The notes under the pieces: model-generated
The model's input: the letters and a program-made list of their open reading frames with translations, nothing else
Told to the model about the DNA's origin: nothing
Databases searched by the model: none
Part shown: positions 22,671 through 28,480 of the stretch, in pieces
How the letters are laid out: every line of letters begins with the position of its first letter
Position numbering within the stretch: the first letter of the stretch is position 1
Translations under genes and position numbers: made by a program
Source of the DNA: Candidatus Saccharimonadota bacterium
GTDB taxonomy: Bacteria > Patescibacteriota > Saccharimonadia > Saccharimonadales > Saccharimonadaceae
Direction of reading: 5' to 3'
Length of the DNA: 32,000 bases
Assembly: GCA_000503915.1 (NCBI GenBank)
Contig: CP006915.1
Span: 450,001 to 482,000 of the forward strand

Positions 22671-23919
22671 TGCTCGATATGCTGTCGGGATCGACATAGG
22701 TACGACTTCGGTTCGCTGTGTTGTTGGTCACATCGACGGCAGTACTGGTAGTCCAACGATCGTAGGAGTGAGTACCGCTGTCAACAGCGGTATGCGAAAA
22801 GGGGTGGTAGTAAATCTACAGGGACCAGCCGCTGCAATTGATGAGGCGCTTGGAGAAGCCGAGCGTATGAGTGGCTACCAGGTAGACTTCGCGACGGTCA
22901 GTATCAATGGCTCGCACATCGTCAGCGTAAAGGCAGATGGTATGATCGCTGTTGGCGCGATGGACCATGAAATCAACCGTGAAGACCTACTACGAATTGA
23001 GGATGTGGCTACCACTGGCAAAGTGCCAGCAAACCGTGAGATTTTGGACGTTGTACCACATAGTTATCGGCTTGATGGTCAGGATAACATCAAAGATCCA
23101 CTGGGTATGACCGGTACGCGCCTCGAGATTCGCGCCAACGTGGTATCGGCGCTTGCCCCTCATCTCCATAATCTGCAGAAGACGGCTGAGATGGCTAAGG
23201 TTGACGCACATACGATCGTACCTTCGGTACTGGCTAGCGCACACGCAGTTTTAAAAGAGCAGCAGCTCGAAAGTGGTGTCGCTGTCGTCGATATGGGTGG
23301 AGCAACCACTGGTGTGGCGGTATTTGAAGAAGGCGATCTGCAATATGTTGGCGTTGTTCCGATGGGTGGCGTCAATATTACTAATGACCTGGCGATTGGT
23401 CTAAAGACGGATCCGGAAGTAGCCGAGAAAGTAAAACTATTACACGCAACGGCAATGGCGCGCAGCGATGCCGAAGGGATAAGTGTAAAAGTCGAGGGTG
23501 AGATTCATACGTTCACCACGACCGATATTGATGAAATTGTTGATGCCAGGCTTGAGGAAATTTTTGATGCAGTTAATAAAGAACTGAAAAAAGCTGGCCG
23601 CGCCGGGCAATTGCCGAGTGGCGTTGTACTAGTTGGTGGCACGGCAAATATGAAACATATAGCCGAGTTTGCCAAGCAAAAATTAGGTTTGGCTGCGCGC
23701 GTCGGTAAGGCAAGCGGCTTTGGTGGCGTCGTGGAAAATATTGAACAACCAGAGTATGCAGCAGCGATTGGCCTTATGCTGACCGACGCGGAGGGTGCTA
23801 AAGCTAACAGAGGTAAATCTAGTACTCATATCGGAAAAATTAATGGCAAGCAGGCCGCTAACTCGCTTAAAAAAGCTTCCGATGGACTGGCAAAATTCTT
23901 CTCGAAGTTCAAAGTTTAA
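22660..23919 (+). CDS. ftsA: Cell division protein FtsA
   Basis: Actin-like ATPase GIDIGTTSVRCVVG 8 residues from the M at 22660. The C-terminus is an amphipathic helix, LAKFFSKFKV. The upstream in-frame starts (22615, 22651) overlap the promoter. Confidence 0.9.
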   Translation: MQENARYAVGIDIGTTSVRCVVGHIDGSTGSPTIVGVSTAVNSGMRKGVVVNLQGPAAAIDEALGEAERMSGYQVDFATVSINGSHIVSVKADGMIAVGAMDHEINREDLLRIEDVATTGKVPANREILDVVPHSYRLDGQDNIKDPLGMTGTRLEIRANVVSALAPHLHNLQKTAEMAKVDAHTIVPSVLASAHAVLKEQQLESGVAVVDMGGATTGVAVFEEGDLQYVGVVPMGGVNITNDLAIGLKTDPEVAEKVKLLHATAMARSDAEGISVKVEGEIHTFTTTDIDEIVDARLEEIFDAVNKELKKAGRAGQLPSGVVLVGGTANMKHIAEFAKQKLGLAARVGKASGFGGVVENIEQPEYAAAIGLMLTDAEGAKANRGKSSTHIGKINGKQAANSLKKASDGLAKFFSKFKV

Positions 23920-23935
23920 TTTTTGTATTCGGTAG

Positions 23936-23944
23936 TGATATACT
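23936..23944 (+). promoter_or_regulatory. Extended -10 box of an ftsZ-proximal promoter
   Basis: TGaTATACT, about 45 nt upstream of the ftsZ ATG. The leader carries the SD aggggag. Confidence 0.45.
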
Positions 23945-23990
23945 GGAATGAGTAAAAGTTTTGAATAGAATTAGGGGAGATGAATAATCC

Positions 23991-25202
23991 ATGCCCGAAG
24001 TAAAACCTAGTGAGATCCAGACATTCGCCAGTATTAAAGTAGTTGGCGTGGGCGGTGCCGGTGGCAGTGCTGTCAACCGTATGAAAGAAGCAGGCCTGCA
24101 GGGTGTGCAATTTATTGCTATGAATACCGATGCCCAGGCGCTACACAACTCTAAAGCTGATGTAAAGATTCACCTTGGCAAAGAAACAACTGGCGGACTT
24201 GGCGCCGGCGCCGATCCTGCCAAAGGCGAGCAGGCAGCCAATGAGTCTCGCGATGACATCAAAAGCGCCCTCGAAGGCGCCGATATGGTGTTTGTTACTA
24301 TCGGTGCCGGTGGTGGTACTGGATCGGGGGCTGGTCATATTGTGGCGGAACTTGCTCGTGAACTTGGTATCCTCGTGGTGGGTGTCGCGACGAAACCGTT
24401 TAGCTTTGAGGGTGAAAAGCGTCGCCAGAATGCCGAATGGGCGATTGCCCAGCTTGGCCGTCAGGTGGATACATTGATCACAATTCCAAACGACCGTCTA
24501 TTGCAAACAATTGACCGCCGCACGCCGCTACTAGAGACATTCAAGATTGCCGACGATGTATTGCGCCAGGGCGTGCAGGGTATTTCGGAGCTTATCACCG
24601 AACACGGACTGATTAACCTCGACTTTGCAGACGTCAAGGCGGTCATGAGCAACGCTGGTAGTGCGCTGATGGGGATTGGTCGTGCCAGTGGTGACGACCG
24701 CGCCGCTCAAGCTGCACAACAGGCTATTGAATCACCGCTGATCGAAGTTTCGATTGATGGCGCCAAGGGTGTACTCTTCAACGTCACTGGTGGCTACGAC
24801 ATGAGCATGAGCGAGATCCAAGAAGCGGCTGAAATCATTACTAGTGCTGTTTCTCCAGATGCGAATATCATCTTCGGTGCCACACTTAAGCCGGAGCTGG
24901 AAGACGAGTTGATTATTACCGTGATTGCGACTGGCTTTGACAGTGCTTACTTTGAAGAACAGGCGGCTACGTTGGCACACCCAGGTGATGTCGTAAGTGC
25001 CATGCCAGCGCCAATAACAGGCAGCGATGTTGATGATTCGACGGTCGAATCAGTTGATATGGATCTCGATAAAGAGGACGCGGCAGCTAGCTTTGCCGAA
25101 GACACGCCTCATGACATCTGGAACCAACCGGACATTGAGGATGAAGACGATACGCCGGCATTCCTCCGCCGACGCAAAAAGAAAAAGTCAGACGAAGAAT
25201 AG
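23991..25202 (+). CDS. ftsZ: Cell division protein FtsZ
   Basis: GVGGAGGSAVNRM, the tubulin signature GGGTGSGA, and the C-terminal peptide DDTPAFLRRRKK. Confidence 0.95.
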   Translation: MPEVKPSEIQTFASIKVVGVGGAGGSAVNRMKEAGLQGVQFIAMNTDAQALHNSKADVKIHLGKETTGGLGAGADPAKGEQAANESRDDIKSALEGADMVFVTIGAGGGTGSGAGHIVAELARELGILVVGVATKPFSFEGEKRRQNAEWAIAQLGRQVDTLITIPNDRLLQTIDRRTPLLETFKIADDVLRQGVQGISELITEHGLINLDFADVKAVMSNAGSALMGIGRASGDDRAAQAAQQAIESPLIEVSIDGAKGVLFNVTGGYDMSMSEIQEAAEIITSAVSPDANIIFGATLKPELEDELIITVIATGFDSAYFEEQAATLAHPGDVVSAMPAPITGSDVDDSTVESVDMDLDKEDAAASFAEDTPHDIWNQPDIEDEDDTPAFLRRRKKKKSDEE

Positions 25203-25215
25203 GAGCCTACACAAA

Positions 25216-25674
25216 ATGGCAAGATCCATTAATATCGGTGATAGTAGGGTGCTAGAGTCGCGCGAAGTTGGTGATGGCAAGACAATTCGCCGCCGTCGCG
25301 AAGCACCCGACGGCACGCGATTTACGACTTACGAACGGATTGAAAAGCCGAATTTGGCGGTGATTAAAAAAGATGGCTCGCGGGAGCTATTTGACCGTGA
25401 TAAGTTGGCTAACGCTATCAAACAATCGGTCGGCAAGTTTTTCTCCTCCGAACTGGAAGTCGAGGAGATTGTTTCCAGTGTCGAAGACGCGATCTACAAC
25501 CAAGGTGATAGCGAAATCTTTTCTAAGCAGATTGGTGCGATTGTGCTCGACGAGCTGGAAGCACGCAATCAAGTCGCCTATGTACGGTTCGCGAGTGTTT
25601 TCCATGATTTTAAGACACTTGATGATTTTGTCGATATTCTTGCCAAGCGCCGTCAAAAGCAGGGCAAGCAATAG
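25216..25674 (+). CDS. nrdR: NrdR-family regulator homologue (ATP-cone) with a degenerate, Cys-free zinc-ribbon region
   Basis: DSRVLESREVGDGKTIRRRREAPDGTRFTTYERIE aligns to the NrdR N-terminus, and ATP-cone-like KKDGSRELFDRDKL...VAYVRFASVFHDF follows. SD aggag lies 10 nt before ATG 25216. The longer track ORF from 25027 overlaps ftsZ. Confidence 0.8.
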   Translation: MARSINIGDSRVLESREVGDGKTIRRRREAPDGTRFTTYERIEKPNLAVIKKDGSRELFDRDKLANAIKQSVGKFFSSELEVEEIVSSVEDAIYNQGDSEIFSKQIGAIVLDELEARNQVAYVRFASVFHDFKTLDDFVDILAKRRQKQGKQ

Positions 25675-25676
25675 TC

Positions 25677-25934
25677 ATGAGAGCGGTGGTTATCTATAGG
25701 GCTGAGAGTGAACACGCTCGTGCCGTTGAGGAGTACCTCGATAACTTTAAGCGTCAAACCGGCCGGGAGCTGGAGACACTCGATCCGGATAGTAAAGAGG
25801 GGCGTCAGTTCTGTGAAACCTACGATATTCTGGAATACCCGAGTATCTTAGCGCTTAGCGACGACGGTCATATGCAAAACTTGTGGCGGGGACTGCCTCT
25901 ACCAACTATCAATGAAGTAAGTTATTATAATTAA
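25677..25934 (+). CDS. Small thioredoxin/NrdH-fold-like protein lacking a CxxC motif (hypothetical)
   Basis: 85 aa. The pattern VVIY-[SEHA where CxxC would sit]-helix...EYPSI (cis-Pro-like)...LSDDG matches a thioredoxin fold. It starts 2 nt after the nrdR stop. The fold assignment is by eye only. Confidence 0.4.
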   Translation: MRAVVIYRAESEHARAVEEYLDNFKRQTGRELETLDPDSKEGRQFCETYDILEYPSILALSDDGHMQNLWRGLPLPTINEVSYYN

Positions 25935-25946
25935 GGTTAAAACTAT

Positions 25947-26579
25947 ATGTTTACTCGAATCAAAGAATATTTTACCCACCACGAAGCCACTGTACGAGAC
26001 AACCGCTGGATTTTCAGCAGTATGCTCGTCGGCTCGCTCTTAAGTCTACTGGCTTCGTTTGCCTTATCAGTTGATGTGATCGAACTAGCGAAAAATCCTG
26101 ACGCACAGCTTAGCTGTAGTATCAGTGCGGTGGTCAACTGCGCGACCGTTAACAGTCATCCCAGCGCAACCATGTTTGGCTTCCCGAACAGTTTTCTCGG
26201 CCTGATAGCTGAACCGATCGTCATCACCGTTGCAATCGCTGGCCTGGTTGGCATTCGTTTTCCGCGTAAATTTATGTTTGCGGCGCAAATTGGCTATACG
26301 CTCGGCTTTATCTTTGCCTGGACGCTGTTTTATATCAGTTTCTTCATCATCCAGGTACTTTGTCCGTGGTGCCTGCTGGTGACGCTGACGACTACGCTGG
26401 TGTGGTTTGCGATTACGCGCTACAACATTCGTGAAGGTAACCTATATCTACCGAAAGACGTATCGATACGTCTAAAAGCGTGGGTGGCGAAGGACTACGA
26501 CAAGGCTGCTATGTTTGGGCTGATCGCACTTGTGACGGCAGCCATCTTGGTGAAGTACGGCAACGGATTGTTTCTCTAG
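25947..26579 (+). CDS. Vitamin K epoxide reductase (VKOR)-family membrane protein
   Basis: Multi-pass membrane protein with a loop Cys pair (LSCSISAVVNC) and an in-membrane CPWC redox motif. Confidence 0.8.
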   Translation: MFTRIKEYFTHHEATVRDNRWIFSSMLVGSLLSLLASFALSVDVIELAKNPDAQLSCSISAVVNCATVNSHPSATMFGFPNSFLGLIAEPIVITVAIAGLVGIRFPRKFMFAAQIGYTLGFIFAWTLFYISFFIIQVLCPWCLLVTLTTTLVWFAITRYNIREGNLYLPKDVSIRLKAWVAKDYDKAAMFGLIALVTAAILVKYGNGLFL

Positions 26580-26602
26580 CAGACGCCAGTCCACAAAATA
26601 GA

Positions 26603-26631
26603 TTGCTTTTATTTAGCAAAAGCGGTATGCT
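26603..26631 (+). promoter_or_regulatory. Promoter of the DoxX-like gene
   Basis: TTGCTT (26603-26608), 17 nt, TATGCT (26626-26631). Confidence 0.45.
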
Positions 26632-26669
26632 CAAAGGGAAATCACTACACATAGGGGGCACACCGCTTT

Positions 26670-27176
26670 ATGGCACAAAAATCATCAAACTATAAAACAG
26701 CCTGGAAGGCACTAGCCGTTGGCAGGATTATTCTTGGTCTTATTCTATTGTGGGCATTCTTTGACAAGACGTTCGGCTGGTATTTTGCGACAAAGCCGAC
26801 AGATGCCTGGATCAACGGTGGCTCACCGACGACCGGCTTTTTGCAATTTGGCGTCAATGGCGGTAGCCCATTCGCTGACTTTTTCACTAGCCTCGCTGGA
26901 CAAGCTTGGGTTGACTGGCTATTTATGGCCGGCCTCCTCGGTATCGGTCTCGCACTTGTCCTTGGTATTGGGCTACGTATCGCAGCCGTGACAGGTACGG
27001 TACTAATGCTACTCTTGTGGATGGCCGAAATGCCTTCTGACAACAACCCAGCTCTCGACGATCACCTTGTTTACGCCGCTGTCATGATCATGGTGGCAAC
27101 TGGACGTCGCGAGTGGAGCCTAACCAACTGGTGGCTAAGCCTCGGTTTCGTCAAGAAAAACAAGTGGCTCTGGTAA
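26670..27176 (+). CDS. DoxX/DoxD-like integral membrane protein
   Basis: 168 aa with about 4 TM segments (GRIILGLILLWAFFDK..., LFMAGLLGIGLALVLGIGLRIAAVTGTVLMLLLW). SD is aggggg. The family call is by pattern only. Confidence 0.5.
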   Translation: MAQKSSNYKTAWKALAVGRIILGLILLWAFFDKTFGWYFATKPTDAWINGGSPTTGFLQFGVNGGSPFADFFTSLAGQAWVDWLFMAGLLGIGLALVLGIGLRIAAVTGTVLMLLLWMAEMPSDNNPALDDHLVYAAVMIMVATGRREWSLTNWWLSLGFVKKNKWLW

Positions 27177-27194
27177 ACATTGTCTAAGTTATGT

Positions 27195-27222
27195 AAAATG
27201 AGGACAGAAACGTCCTCATTTT
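27195..27222 (+). terminator. Rho-independent terminator after the DoxX-like gene
   Basis: Perfect 11-bp stem aaaatgaggac / gtcctcatttt with loop agaaac. It has an A-tract upstream and a T-tract downstream. Confidence 0.75.
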
Positions 27223-27416
27223 AATTTGGAGAGTGAGGTAAGCGGCTATCACCCGCGAAGTTTCGGGAAGAACGGCACTTGCCAAGTAGAGCCCGACGCC
27301 AGGCTGCGTAAATGCCGAATGAAGTGCTAAGAAGAATCTCTTTTTAGAACCTGGATGGTACCGTCCGATGAATCGGATTCCAGGAGCTAAGAAGGGATTT
27401 TTAATTGGAGAAAATC
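27206..27416 (+). promoter_or_regulatory. Probable T-box leader (Ile specifier) controlling the downstream ileS operon
   Basis: The antiterminator-like element is helix cctgga (27350-55)/tccagg (27379-84), a 5' bulge TGGTACCG (27356-63), then helix tccga/tcgga with loop tgaa. ttAGaacctGGaTGGTACCGtcc resembles the conserved T-box sequence. An ATC-A (27248-27251) is left unpaired between nested helices gaaac/gtttc (27207-11/27260-64) and cctca/tgagg (27214-18/27234-38). The downstream operon ends in ileS. The 5' boundary is uncertain. Confidence 0.7.
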
Positions 27417-27698
27417 ATGGAAGAGTTTATACCGTTCACACCCGAACACGAGACGACTGAAGAGCGAGCCGCGTGGGATGATATTCTACGCGCTCTTAGT
27501 ACGCTGCGCGAGTACGATGAGGAGCTGGATGTATATGAGGCGATCCAGAATCTTAAGGATGAGCAGCTTGAAGACGGGTATATGATGGTTTTCAATTATG
27601 CGGTCAATGTGATTGTTCCCGAGGATGAGTCGAGCGACCTTGAGCAGGTAATGGAACTTCTCCAGGACAGTGGAGTGGTAGAAGGATGGGCAGAATGA
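27417..27698 (+). CDS. Hypothetical small acidic protein (93 aa), first gene of the T-box-led operon
   Basis: ATG 27417 lies 6 nt after ggag, whereas the track start at 27405 is a TTG. The stop overlaps the next start as ATGA (27695-27698). No family recognised. Confidence 0.6.
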   Translation: MEEFIPFTPEHETTEERAAWDDILRALSTLREYDEELDVYEAIQNLKDEQLEDGYMMVFNYAVNVIVPEDESSDLEQVMELLQDSGVVEGWAE

Positions 27699-28480
27699 AA
27701 TTTAAAGCAGTTATCACCGACCTCGACGGAACTGCGGTTAATTCTCCCGAGCAAAAACAGGCGAGCCAACGCCTGAAGAATGCCGTACGACAGTTAGAGA
27801 AAAGCGGCATCAAAGTGTGCGCAGCAACTGGTCGAGCAATCTCGTTTGCCAAACCACTTCTTTTGTCTATGGGATTGACCGGACCGGCGATTGTTGCCGG
27901 AGGCACGAAAATCATCGACTCACAATCTTTCCAAGAACTGTGGTCATGCGCTATTTCTGACGAGGCTATGGCAAAAGTAAAGGCAGAGGTTGAGAGCATG
28001 CCTTATGGATACCTTTGGAATGACTATATCGAGGACGATTATTTGAATGGCGGCTGGCAACTAGCGGATATGCCAGTGAATGAAAAAAACGTTTACTTTT
28101 TTGAAATTGTGTTTGTTCCTGACGACGAAGCATTTGCGCTTGCCGGTAGACTTTCTACGATACCCGACATTGCGGCTACAGTCGTCGTCGCGCAGCGTTC
28201 TGGTATGAGGGATATTCATATCACTAATGCTCGCGCCACCAAGGAACATGCTATTCATGAGCTTGAAGCAATGCTTGACATATCAAAAGCGGAAATGATC
28301 GGGGTAGGTGACGGGCATAATGACTTACATCTGTATAATGCAGTTGGTTATAAAGTGGCGATGAGTAATGCGGTTCCTGAACTGAAAGAAGTAGCGGATG
28401 AAGTAATCGGAGCGGTACAAGATGACGGACTTGCTGAATATTTTGAAAGATTAGCACATGAAGTAAAGGAGAATCGATGA
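27695..28480 (+). CDS. Cof-type HAD-IIB family hydrolase (sugar/phosphate phosphatase-like)
   Basis: Motif I ITDLDGT, cap domain, and motif IV GDGHNDLHL..AMSNA. ATG 27695 is preferred (ATGA overlap with the upstream stop). The stop overlaps the ileS start as ATGA (28477-28480). Confidence 0.8.
   Translation: MKFKAVITDLDGTAVNSPEQKQASQRLKNAVRQLEKSGIKVCAATGRAISFAKPLLLSMGLTGPAIVAGGTKIIDSQSFQELWSCAISDEAMAKVKAEVESMPYGYLWNDYIEDDYLNGGWQLADMPVNEKNVYFFEIVFVPDDEAFALAGRLSTIPDIAATVVVAQRSGMRDIHITNARATKEHAIHELEAMLDISKAEMIGVGDGHNDLHLYNAVGYKVAMSNAVPELKEVADEVIGAVQDDGLAEYFERLAHEVKENR

Noticed and set aside
25027-25215. Long version of the nrdR ORF starting at 25027
   Set aside because: It overlaps the last 176 nt of ftsZ in another frame. 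NrdR homology begins at the M encoded at 25216, which has an aggag SD.
27326-27397. TPP riboswitch resemblance (gctaaga ... gaacctgga ... aaggga)
   Set aside because: Only loose matches to CTGAGA and GAACCTGATCTGG were found, and the P4/P5 geometry does not fit. The same nucleotides fit the T-box discriminator (UGGUACC bulge between two helices) much better, and the downstream gene is ileS.
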